Source: Macrostomum lignano | Taxonomy: Eukaryota | Assembly (NCBI GenBank): GCA_002269645.1 | Contig: NIVC01000909.1 | Span: forward strand, 52,752 to 116,751 | Reading direction: 5' to 3' | Length of the DNA stretch: 64,000 bases | Made by a program: the position numbers and the translations under genes | Shown: in pieces, positions 1-11,900 of the stretch | Layout of the letters: every line of letters starts with the position of its first letter | Position numbering within the stretch: the first letter of the stretch is position 1 | Notes under the pieces: generated by a model | What the model was told of the DNA's origin: nothing | What the model saw: only the letters and a program-made list of their open reading frames with translations | The model's database searches: none

Positions 1-657
1 GCAGGGCTCGTCATCAAGATCGTCAATTACTGCTATCGACTCGCAAACTGACTTTGAATCACCATCGTCAAGCCAGAACTCGCTAATTACACCGTCCATG
101 TGCCTGTCGATGATGAAGCTTAACTGCTGCACCCAGGTGGATACGTCGCCTACCGACCGTTCGACCAAACTGTGCTTGTCGTAAAACTTCGCACGGGCTT
201 CCGTAGCCTCTTCCAGCCACAGTTCAGTTATGCCAGTCAGCTCCATCACCTTCTTTATGTCACCGACCTCGCTAGCCTTCGACAGGTCCCGTTCGTACTG
301 CTCAGCTTTGATGGCATCGCTGGACCTGTCGCTGATTGAATCGTGCGCCGTCTGCAGCCTGCTGACTATCCGATGCCTCCACCGCTGAAGCGTCTCTTCT
401 AGCGCGTCGAATGTTTCATTGACTTCTTTGACTTCGGCCGCCAGGGCACTCTGTCGAACCTGTATCGTCTTCTCGTTTTCACTGGAGTCCAATAGAGAAC
501 GCAAACTCTTCAACAGGCTGTTTTTACGCACGTCTGCATTAACTTTTTCTTTATTAAAATGAACCGGGCAGAGACGGATGCCTTGGCTAATTTCTGTCAT
601 CTTAACGAATCTGTTGCAGTACCGAAAGCTGCAGAATCTCGACTCGTTGGTGCTCAT
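1..657 (-). CDS. Partial CDS running off the left edge: N-terminal C-x4-C-x15-C-x2-H putative zinc finger, then a helical/coiled-coil region; product unknown
   Basis: Manual translation from ATG at 657: MSTNESRFCSFRYCNRFVKMTEISQGIRLCPVHFNKEKV...DDLDDEPC, 219 codons with no stop before base 1, which is probably why the ORF track omits it. Confidence 0.7.
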   Translation of the reverse strand, partial: MSTNESRFCSFRYCNRFVKMTEISQGIRLCPVHFNKEKVNADVRKNSLLKSLRSLLDSSENEKTIQVRQSALAAEVKEVNETFDALEETLQRWRHRIVSRLQTAHDSISDRSSDAIKAEQYERDLSKASEVGDIKKVMELTGITELWLEEATEARAKFYDKHSLVERSVGDVSTWVQQLSFIIDRHMDGVISEFWLDDGDSKSVCESIAVIDDLDDEPC

Positions 658-1359
658 GTTGTCCTACTTTTTAGCTGATGGTTTCCAGACTCCGTAAGCC
701 TGATTACTAGAATAGTTCCATCTGAGTTGCGCTCGGACTGTGCGATTTGGAGTGTGGCACAACACATGTGGTTAGTAAATATATACAGAAACTTTACACG
801 TTGTGTACAAAAATAAACTTGCGGCTAATAAACTTGACACGAATCGAATGTTTGGTCCAACGTGTACGAATGCGCTTCAGAATTTCGGTTCGGTCGGTTT
901 GCGACTAAATAAAGAATTTTCGACCGATATTTTCATGCCAATTCTGGTACATGCATTACAAATTTCAACTACAGATATAATCCAAGTATTTTAGTATAAA
1001 TAGTTTTCCGTGTAGCTATAATATTCAAGTGTGTACAAAACTTAATTGCTGAAGCTCCAATAAAAATATATGCTCGGATCTATCAGAACTAAACAAAACT
1101 GAAATTGCACACTGTAGATGGCAGCTTGTGTTTTCTCCTCCCCTTCCCGGCCCTGACAAATGCTTTGCTACGCCGGAATGGATCGGAGCAACTCGGGCAC
1201 ACGAAATCCATGAACACGGGGCTAATTGACTTTCTTGCGCATGCGCACATTCTCCAAACAAGAATTCAAGTCCCCCCCGGGCCGTCGAGATATCAAATAA
1301 TTCTGCCAGAAGGTCGCATTTCCCCACAAAGCTCTAGTGTATTCACCACTCCATTATAT

Positions 1360-1522
1360 GCGCCAATCAGCACTGCGCCTTGCGCCCGTACATTAGTTCG
1401 ACGTCGGCGACATCGCCTAAAACGTTCCGAAGTCTATTTGCGTCGCTGGAAATATGTACTTTTTACTTTGCACCGACGTATGACGTCAGCCGTCGATGTA
1501 CATGTATACCGACGGGGCGGCC
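1360..1522. promoter_or_regulatory. Putative bidirectional promoter between the divergent 1-657 (-) and 3383+ (+) genes
   Basis: CCAAT at 1363-1367, perfect CRE TGACGTCA at 1481-1488 and GC box GGGGCGG at 1514-1520, in a CpG-rich island between head-to-head genes. Function is inferred. Confidence 0.35.
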
Positions 1523-3382
1523 TTGCCAAGTCTCCAAATTTCATCAGCGCACGTCACATCGGCTAGTAGGTGTCGTCTGCATCAGCTCTGCCTTCGGTGT
1601 TCATTGGCCTTCTCTCCCAGGCGGAGCAATTCTAGACCTTCAGAAATATGAAAGGGTGTCACTGGATCGACACGCTATAGCCTGCGTGGCCGATGACCAT
1701 CATTTAAAGCAAGACATGTCATTCATTTGCTACACATGTACATGTATATACATGAGCGTGTATACAGTATATTTAGCATGAATATATCAGATAGTTCTTA
1801 TATTTCCGTGTGAGTACATGTTCAATCAATTCTATAAATTATGGCTAACGTATCAAAACAAACGGGCGCTCTCTCCTTCCTCATTGTATAGAATCCACTG
1901 TAAATGTCGCGTATTCATTACATTCAATCGATGATCGTCAATGATTCATTTATTAGAAGTGCGTAAATAATGTATTTACCCGAAGTGATTGGCCACAGGG
2001 ACTACTTTAGTAGGTCTGGGTGAATGTGTCTATGTACATTTACATGTATTTGTACATACATATAACAGTACATGTATATCAGCAAACAGGACTAGACTAC
2101 TTATAGAGTGAATCGAAATTGGTTACAGGGAAGTGAAATACAGCCGCTAACAAACAAGGAATACGCGGGCGGCTTTGTTAAAGATATTTAGTTGTACGTA
2201 CTGTGTCCAACTATTCCATCTGAATGTATTGAAGAGAAAGTAACATGTTTTTGATTTGATTATCAAATGACATTTGGTTATTTTATTTGTAAAAACGCTA
2301 GTTAGATTTTTTATGTTGAAAAAGAAAAAAGAATTTTTTTAAACTGTTTAGAGTCAGTTTGAAATTACCTTTAAAAAATTCAAACGAACTTTGTTTAAGC
2401 TTTTGTGTAATTATCGGGAGAACTAATTTAAACTAGCCATTATTTCATGGCTTTCTGAGAAATAATAACTCGCTTCATGCACCTTTGCCTTTGCCTATAT
2501 AGTATATTAAGATTTAGTATATTTAGATTATATTATTAATGAAACTTGGATTGAAACTTTTGTTTTATTTTATACGAACTTAGAATAGTGAGAACTGCAA
2601 AGGTTAATCGAATCATACTGATTACCGATTCAATCAAATGCAAAAGCCTTTATCTCTTATCATATGTTTCATAATGTACTAGAAATAGTTCTAATGAAAT
2701 AGGTAAAAAAATTTATAATTAAATATAAAATAAAATGTTTATGCTCATTTTAAAATGGCTGTAAGTAAGATGTTAATCATCATGCAATGCATTGGCCTCA
2801 AATGTTCTGTTTCTGTTTCATAGCAACTTAATGTAATAATGTCATGATAGTTTGATAGGTAATAAGGCGTAGTATTTTCAATATGCATGCCCAAAAACCT
2901 AACCTAACCATGTAGGGTATGGAATGTATATAATATATCCCCCATATATTATTATATTATTATCAAGCTTTTAAGTTTTTTACTAATATTTACTAAATGC
3001 AAATGCAATAATATTCATTGAATAGGAAGCTATAAAATTGCTTTCCATTTTGTATGTTTTAATATTCCATTAGTATAGAAAGGTAATTAACTAAGCAATG
3101 AGAATATTAATTTTAAATTTCAAGTATGCACTAATGGAACTTTTTAAATAAGAAAGAATAATGCTTTTAGGGAGGAAATAGTAATATAGTAATATAATAC
3201 CCATGATACATATAACTAATAATAATGCCAATATTTTAAAGAGATCTTTGCCACAAACCTATTTTCTGAAACTTATAGATAGAAATATTATTGAATAATT
3301 TCAGTTTTAAAGCAACTTTGAATCTAAGCTAAAATTGCTTCTTCTCTTCATTATAATTTCAGCTTATATATATTAAAACATT

Positions 3383-6300
3383 ATGTATGCACACCAATTT
3401 TCTAATGGAGACATCTTAGTAGAGCAACAAAATTCATCAAGTCCAACTGTCTTATCTGACTGTGTTCAAGATTTGGCTACTAGCATCTATGCTGAATTTG
3501 AAAGGGTTGTACAGAGGTATGTACTTCTATTTTTCTTAGTGGTTAATATAAGTAAAATGTATTGAACTAACAAAAACCATATAATCCAATTAAATTGAAA
3601 AACTGACCACCTACTTTACCAACCCACTGACTGCCCTACCAACTTGGCTGACTATTTGGCTGACCAATCCACTGACCAGCCTACTGGCTAACACACTGAC
3701 CAATCTACTGACCAGCCCTCTGATCAAACTCTCTGACCAACCCACTAACCCACTGACCAACTATAACCAATCTACTGAACAACCTACCAACCCATTGACC
3801 AACCCTCTGACCAACTAACCAATCTATTGACCGACCTACTGACCAACCCACCAAACCACTGACAATCCCATCAACCTACTGACCAAACCACTGACAATCC
3901 CATCAACCTACTGACCAACTCTCTGACCAACTAACCAATCTACTGACCATCTCACCAGCTTACTGACCAACCCACCACCAGATATGACGAAGACGCAGTC
4001 CGAGGCCTGATGCCCCTGGTGGTTGGCGCCCTTGAATCTCTCGAGTCCTCTTTGGCGTCGCAGTCGGACTTGCAGGCCGAACTGGGGCTGTTGCGCGCTG
4101 AGTCCGCCAGTCAGTTGGAGCGCGAAATCCGCGCCAGGCGCCAGGTTGAGGCGCTACTAGCCGCAGCTGAGGAGGCCGCATCGGAGGAGCGCGAGGCCTG
4201 GCGCAGGACTTCAGCGTCAGAAGCCGAGGCGCGTCGGCGACTCTCTAGAAGATTGGAGGAGGCTGCGGCTGCTGATGAAGGCGAGGATCAAATTGATTCT
4301 ATGGGCTGGCATAATTATAGAATAATACTGAAGTAACTGATAGTTGACAATGTGAAGTTTGTGGTGCTTCAATTTTTTTAGATTTGAAGGCATTCAAAGA
4401 AACGGAACGACTGGTTGACATATTGAATGGAGAAATTGGCGAACTGCGTGAGGCAGTGTAAGTTATTTTTTATTTTGTATTAAATAGACCTTATGCAATA
4501 ACATACAAGTATATATATATTCGTACAGATAATTTCGGGGGTTACCATCTTCAGAAGCGAACTTCAGTCTACTAAAGAACGACTAACGGCTCGCGTGAGC
4601 TACGCGGATAGGTGAGCGTGTAAATTGGATCCCTTCTACCCCATTGGCTACAACTCATTGGATCCCTTCTACCCCATTGGCTACAACTCATTGGATCCCT
4701 TCTCCATTGGCTACAACTCATTGGATCCCTTCTACCCCATTGGCTACAACTCATTGGATCCCTTCTACCCCATTGGCTACAACTCATTGGATCCCTTCTA
4801 CCCCATTGGCTACAACTCATTGGATCCCTTCTACCCCATTGGCTACAACTCATTGGATCCCTTCTACCCCATTGGCTACAACTCATTGGATCCCTTCTCC
4901 ATTGGCTACAACTCATTGGATACCTTCTACCCCATTGGCTACAACTCATTGGATCCCTTCTACCCATTGGCTACAACTCATTGGATCCCTTCTACCCCAT
5001 TGGCTACAACTCATTGGATCCCTTCTACCCCATTGGCTACAACTCATTGGATCCCTTCTCCATTGGCTACAACTCATTGGATACCTTCTACCCCATTGGC
5101 TACAACTCATTGGATACCTTCTACCCCATTGGCTACAACTCATTGGATCCCTTCTACCCCATTGGCTACAACTCATTGGATACCTTCTACCCCATTGGCT
5201 ACAACTCATTGGATACCTTCTACCCCATTGACTACAACTCATTGGATCCCTTCTACCCCATTGGCTACAACTCATTGGATCCCTTCTACCCCATTGGCTA
5301 CAACTCATTGGATCCCTTCTACCCCATTGGCTACAACTCATTGGATCCCTTCTACCCCATTGGCTACAACTCATTGGATCCCTTCTACCCCATTGGCTAC
5401 AACTCATTGGATCCCCTACTAAACTAGAACTAATTTATTCTTCTTGGCCTAAAACTAGTTATTGCACTATAGTGGCAACATTCCAATTATAATCCTACTT
5501 TAATCCTTTAACCCACACAATTTGCAGAGACAACGAGAGTCTCCTGAGACAACTCTGTCAAGCGGAGGAAAGCATCGTCAAATTCCAGACACAGCTGAGC
5601 AGCGAGACAGCTACAGCAGACTCTTCAGCTCAAACAGATGACACCGTCGAATGCGGCAATCACCCAGCTGTCACTCAAGTCGAAGTCACTCGATTATTAA
5701 TGGAACGAAATGCCTATAAGGAGCGACTGATGGAGCTGCAGGAGGCAGTGAAAAAGGCTGACTGCATGCGAGCCGCTGCTCGACTGGATCAGATGAGGCG
5801 GCGCAATGATGAAGATGCTCAGGCTAAGGTCAGCAGCCGGGGACGCCAGCGCCAGCGGGGACGCCGGCAACAAGAGAAGCCTCAGCTTGAAAGTGGCGGC
5901 AGGGTCACAGCTGCCGTGCGAAATCTGTGAGTTTTGAGTCTTGCTTTGGCGATTTTGGCGTTATGTGGCAAACTATGCAGGACATTGGCACCAGAAATAG
6001 GTAATTAGAGCGTCGGATTTGAAAGGTCGGGGGTTCGATTCTCGATCCCTTCGGAACAATTTGTGTCCTTGAGCAAGACACCCAACTCTGCATTGCTTCA
6101 GTTTACCCAGCTGTAAAATGGGTGCCAGCATTAGCTTGGGTAATTGAGGCTGTGTGGCGACCCCCCAGTCCTTGGACTGAACAGCCGAATATAGAAAAAT
6201 GTGTAGGACAGCGGCGCCAAATATAGGACTGTGGCGCCAAATATAGGACTGTGGCGCCAAATATAGGACAGTGGCGCCAAATATAGGACAGTGGCGCCAA

Positions 6301-6790
6301 ATATAGGACAGTGGCGCCAAATATAGGACTGTGGCGCCAAATATTGGACAGTGGCGCCAAACATAGGACTGTGGCGCCAAATATAGGACAGTGGCGCCAA
6401 ATATAGGACTGTGGCGCCAAATATTGTACAGTGGCGCCAAATGTAAGACTGTCGCACCAAATATTGTACAGTGGCGCCAAGTATAGGAGAGTGGCGCCAA
6501 GTATAGGACTATGGCACCAAGTATAGGACAGTGGCGCCAAATATAGGACAGTGGCGCCAAATATAGGACAGTGGCGCCAAATATAAGACAGTGGCGCCGG
6601 CTAAGTATAGGATTTTACTACAATACATGTAATCCTGTGATTTTAACAAACTTCGTGTATTTTATTATATTTGATTATGATAATTAAAACTAATTTATTA
6701 TAACAAAACCGCATCTTATCTCAGATTCGGCGGTCTATGGAGCTCATTGACAACGGGACCTGCCCAGCCAGTTCTGGGCACTCCAGTTGA
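3383..6790 (+). CDS. JIP3/JIP4 (Sunday driver/UNC-16)-like adaptor with RH1, coiled coil and RH2; short form of about 310 aa
   Basis: Phase-consistent exons 3383-3516, 3982-about 4280 (probable GC donor), 4382-4457, 4555-4611, 5528-5828, 6725-6790 (last exon tentative; exon 5 could instead read to the stop at 5930). RH1 motif LATSIYAEFERVVQR|YDEDAVRGLMPLVV and RH2 motif VTRLLMERNAYKERLMELQEAV match JIP3/4. AATAAA at 7129-7134. Confidence 0.8.
3600..3975. repeat. Degenerate CTGACCAAC-type low-complexity repeat in JIP-like intron 1
   Basis: Recurrent ctgacc/accaac motifs visible in the sequence. Confidence 0.7.
4624..5416. repeat. 33-bp minisatellite (GGATCCCTTCTACCCCATTGGCTACAACTCATT), about 24 copies, in a JIP-like intron
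   Basis: Direct tandem repetition; gives the 11-aa periodic artefact ORFs (DPFYPIGYNSL)n. Confidence 0.95.
5997..6187 (+). mobile_element. tRNA-derived CORE-SINE, copy 1
   Basis: B-box-like GGTTCGATTC, then TGTGTCCTTGAGCAAGACAC...TTCAGTTTACCCAGCTGTAAAATGGG, which aligns with the MIR/CORE consensus. Close match to the inverted copy at 13622-13820. Confidence 0.8.
6201..6598. repeat. 20-bp minisatellite (ATATAGGACAGTGGCGCCAA), about 20 copies
   Basis: Direct tandem repetition immediately after SINE copy 1. Confidence 0.95.
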
Positions 6791-7687
6791 TCTGAACCGC
6801 TCAATGCTGTTGGACTGATTCAACCGGACTCAAACTACGCCATAGTCAGTCTTTCTGTGCAATCCACCAACTCTGGCGGTGAATTTTAATTTATTTCTGA
6901 CGCGCAACCTGCCTATTTGTCTGCGCTGATTACTAACCGCGCCCAAGTCTGCTTAACCTGTAAGTGCTAGATACTCATAAGAAATTTTTTCTACATCATT
7001 TTTTCAAGAAATAGTAAATCAATATCGTCTTTGAAATGATTATTAATAGTTTTCTTGTCACCTCCTTGTCACCGTTCTCAGTGTACTTTTATTGAGCTCT
7101 TTGTACTTTTATATTTTAATACGTTCGTAATAAAATATTTTGTTATTATTACATTAATAATTGTGTATTTCACAATTTGGCTATGAAGAAACGATTATGT
7201 ACAAACACTTAGGCAGTGTTGTTTTACACAAGATTGTAAACTTTTTTACATTTTCCATCTCTTTACCAAATGTATTTTAGACGCTCCGACTTCATACTCG
7301 TATTGCTGCAGTTTCAATTGTGCTTCCATCTAAATGCTTTTTTGAACCTAATTCTGGCCAAAAATACACACTTTTATATAATGCAAGACATCATCGCTTG
7401 TTGACTAACGATTCAAGCAAATCGTAAGTTTTTGTTCCGGATGAGCTCGCCAGTTACAGTTTGTGGCAGTGTGTGGCAGTTTGCCACCCACATGAGCTCG
7501 CCAAACTCTCTAGTGAATCTTGTGCGTCTGGGGCGACTCTTGTGACTGTTTAACAACTCAAACGCGTCAAATGCGACTGAGAGGCAACTGTTGCATCACA
7601 ATCGCGTCACGTGATTCTAAATGTGACTCCACTTCATCAAGCAGTGACGCCACAAAAACGACTCTACGGTCCCAGAAGCGTTATACC

Positions 7688-8299
7688 GTCGCCCCAGAGT
7701 AACTAGAGTCGCCCCAGAGGCACTAGAGTCGCCCCAGAGTCACTAGAGTCGCCCCAGAGTCACTAGAGTCGCCTCAGAGTCACTAGAGTTGCCCCAGAGT
7801 CACTAGAGTCGCCCCAGAGTAATTAGAGTCGCCACAGAGTCACTAGAGTCGCCCCAGAGTCACTAGAGTCGCCCCAGAGTCACTAGAGTCGCCCCAGAGT
7901 CACTAGAGTCGCCCCAGAGTCACTAGAGTCGCCCCAGAGTAACTAAAGTCGCCCCAGAGTCACTAGAGTCGCCCCAGAGTCACTAGAGTTGCCCCAGAGT
8001 CACGAGAGTCGCGCCAGAGTCACTAGAGTTGCGCCAGAGTCACTAGAGTCGCTCCAGAGTCACTAGAGTCGCTCCAGAGTCACTAGAGTCGCTCCATAAT
8101 CACTAGAGTTGCCGCAGAGTAACTAGAGTCACCCCAGAGTCACTAGAGTCGCCCCAGAGTCACTAGAGTCGCCCCAGAGTCACTAGAGTCGCCCCAGAGT
8201 CACTAGAGTCGCCCCAGAGTCACTAGAGTCGCCCCAGAGTCACTAGAGTCGCCCCAGCGTCACTAGAGTCGCCCCAGAGTAACTAGAGTCGCGCCAGAA
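7688..8299. repeat. 20-bp minisatellite (GTCGCCCCAGAGTCACTAGA), about 30 copies
   Basis: Direct tandem repetition. Confidence 0.95.
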
Positions 8300-8986
8300 T
8301 CGTATCAGAGTCGCAGACAATAAAACGCTTCAAAGTGATTCTGGGGCGTCTCTTTGACGACTTTTTGGCGACTTGAACCGTGACATCTCATCGTTTTAGA
8401 GCCGTCTTAGAACCACTTCTTTCCTATTCTACCTGTGTCATCTGCAACGCGTCTGAAGCGACTCTGGAGAGACGCAAGTGACTCCGTAACGCTTCTTGGC
8501 CTTGGCCTAGGTATTATTTTCATCGGGATTGGCCTTCATGACTGTGAATCGCACATCACCCCCCTGGCCAAATTTTGTGCAGAAAAGCCCGAAACGAATC
8601 GAACCAGGGGTCGTGACACGAGTGTCGGACGCGTTCACCCCCGTCTACCCGTTATTGTGTTTGTACAATAACCATCCTAATCACTGAGTAGTCAAACTAA
8701 ATTAAGAGCAAGAACAACAAATGTTTGAGTTCACGGATTCGATATTTTCTATTTAAGCATCTAAGAAAGAAAATGCACGTCTTCCATTGTTTTGTTTGCT
8801 AACAAAAAATGGCAAAAACTGAAGAGCCAAATCTTCAAGCAGTTGCTGACACAGTCGGTTTGAGATGAGTTTGGAAAAAATTCTGATAGGAGGAAACATA
8901 TGAAAACGAAAAACGAGTGCGCATTTCCGGCTGAATTCGGCGAGTCAGTTGTCAGCCGTGTTTTCTTTTCGGTCTGGTTCGACCAG

Positions 8987-11900
8987 TTAATCGCGTCGCT
9001 TTGATGCCTTCCGATGGGCGCTCATGACGCCGCCGCTGCTCAGCCTGCGACGGCGAGTACTGGCGCGGCTTTTCGACAGCTTGGCCGCCTCTGCCGCCGA
9101 CTGCGGCGCTACCGATTTTGACGATTTTCTAGTCAACACTCTGGGAAGAGCCGATCGCCATACAGTGTCCAGCTGCGTTGAAACGTCCTGGTTGTGCCTG
9201 TTGTTCAGCAGCATCCTCTCCAGCGAGTTCACTTCGCCGCGACCGGCTGCATTGGACACCTTGAAGATGCCGCTGCCGTAGCTCTGCCTCATGGTGCCTC
9301 GGCCAGGCTCGATGTGCCTCCGGCCGCTGTTCTTCGGCACCAGAGAGTCGCGCCGACGGTCGTACACGTAGCTGATCTCGTCCGGTCGGGCTCGCTTGCC
9401 CCAGCCGGAGTCCGCGCCGATCATCAGCGCCTGTCTGGCACGCTGGCGAAGACCCGGATCCAATGACGTGTTGTGCAGCGTCGACAACAGATGCTTCAGG
9501 TGCTTGGCCCCCGGGCTTATGTTACTGTTGGTCTCCGGGGTGTCCATCACGACGGGCTCCTGAGCGTCATCCTTAGGTACAGCCGACACGACAGGGGCCG
9601 GCGCCTCCGCCATGGCTGCAGTGGCTGATGATCGTGAATTGTCGTGACTCTCCCGTCTGCCCAGCTGCTCGGAGACTTTTGAGAAGGCCAGAGCGATTGA
9701 CTGCGTTTCTGAGATGCCTGCCGCATCCGGACCAGGCTTGAGCGACAGCATTCTCTCGTGGTTTCGGTCCCACTCCCAGCGGAAGTTTTGCCGGTCCCAG
9801 GTGTAAGTTGGATAGTTCTTGTCCTGGCGGGTCTCCATGTAGGCTCGCAGTTCGCTGTCCCCGATGTGGGGATTCTTCCAGATGCCGGGCAGATCAAAAA
9901 TCTGCAGCAGTACCTTGCGGATGGACATGTAGCCTTTGGACACGTTTGAGTTGATGTTAGCCAGCTCAGAGTTCATCGTTTGAGCGTCGTTCATTTGACG
10001 CAGAGTGCCGCGCAAATCTCGCGTCTTCCTGTGCAACTGGTCGATAATGTTGCGAATGTCGGGCACCTCGTAGGAATGGATCTTGGCTATGGTGTCCATC
10101 ATGGAGTACAGGCTCTCCGCTTCTGACGGTTCGCCCCACCAGGTCTTCTTCATGTTGTTCACCAGATTCCACTTGGCTGATTCTTCGGCATTCTCGCCGA
10201 CTAGAGGCCCGATGAACTCCTCGGACCAGGGCAGGGCGTCGTACAGTAGGGTGAAGACGATGTAGAACCAGCTCTCAATGTCCTGCGCGTAGTTTGGCTT
10301 CTCGTTGAGGAAGGTGTCAACCGCGATGAACTTGCGGGAGCCCATCCACTCCGACGCGCAATCGTTGCCTATCTGGAAAAAGAGAATTGAGATTGGATGG
10401 TCGCGCTTTGGCAGATTCTGAAGGGGTTCCATTTATGGCATTAAAGGGTGCCGAATTGGTTTTGACCGATTGGTTTTGACCGATAACCGATTGGTTTCAA
10501 GTACGACCGTACATGCTTATGCTTCTCCAAGATTTTGGCTAAACATAACTGTCCGTCTCCTGCATCAATTGGATTTAGGATCATTGAGATCCTATAGGTG
10601 GAAAGCATTTCTAACGTGCTTGAGACGCAATCTTCCCCTAGTGAGCTGTTTGCGTCAAGCTCTTCCCTAGCAAGTAATAACTCCAGCTCTTGCCAAATCG
10701 AACAATTATTTAATCAAAATTGACGCACCTGTTTCGAGAAGCCAAAGTCCAGCAGGTACACAGTGTTCATAGCTCGCCCGTTGCCAACCGCAATATTGTC
10801 CGGCTTCAGGTCATGGTGCACGAATCCGGAACGGTGCAGGACGTACAGCCTGCACAGAAACTGGTCCGCAATTCTGAACACCGTTCGCACCTGGAAGAAC
10901 GTTTTCAACTTGTTGTCGGAGTACCAGGGCTCGAAGTAGTTGCGAAAATCGTCAATAGACGGGCCAAGCAGCTCCATGGTCATGAAAGAGATCTTAGTTA
11001 CGCCCTCCAGATTGCGGTTGTGCGTGTCGGCGAAGAACTTCACCTCTTCGCCTTGCATGTTCAGGTAGGTGAAAATGTTTTTGTACTTTGGATTCACTCC
11101 GTACTGCAGCTTGTCGCCAATGTAACCGAAGTCGAAGACCATCGGAAAGCCCACCAATAAGCGAGGATATTTTCGCCAGATGGTGTCCATGATGAGGAAT
11201 TCCCGACGTAAGAATAGAAAAAACCTTGTGGCGCCGTCTTCCAGGTGGGACTGTTCGAGTATTTCGTATTTAACCGCCACGATATCCAACAGGCGGTCGT
11301 CTCTGAGGCGATCCTTCATTTTGTCCTGCTGTTCCACTTTGATTCTCTTCTGCGAGGCAATTGTGGCCAGGAAGTCCGGATGATAGATGTACCTGTCTTT
11401 GGCGATCTTCTGCTTGCTCTGCGTGTACAGCCGGGTTGTCACCTGCGAAGGTATGTTTCGCGATGGCGAGGGACTGCATCGAGATAATAATTTAACAGCG
11501 ATAGCTATGCAGAGGTAGGTTCAGCGTCTACAGTCAGTGTGCTGTGTGAATGTGTGTACTGTGTGAATGTGTGTGCTGTGTGAATGTGTGTGCTGTGTGA
11601 ATGTGTGTGCTGTGTGAAGGTGTGTACTGTGTGAATGTGTGTACTGTGTGAATGTGTGTACTGTGTGAATGTGTGTACTGTGTGAATGTGTGTGCTGTGT
11701 GAAGGTGTGTACTGTGTGAATGTGTGTACTGTGTGAATGTGTGTACTGTGTGAATGTGTGTACTGTGTGAATGTGTGTGCTGTGTGAAGGTGTGTACTGT
11801 GTGATTTGTGTACTGTGTGAAGGTGTGTACTGTGTGAATGTGTGTACTGTGTGATTTGTGTACTGTGTGAAGGTGTGTACTGTGTGATTTGTGTACTGTG

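Noticed and set aside
6001-6060. tRNA gene (also 13760-13820)
   Set aside because: A/B-box-like motifs are present, but there is no complete cloverleaf and they continue into the CORE block; these are SINE heads.
9024-11487. Plus-strand and alternative-frame ORFs overlapping the kinase; likewise those overlapping the gag-pol genes and T-box exon 3
   Set aside because: Shadow ORFs caused by GC-rich codon usage of the real coding frame.
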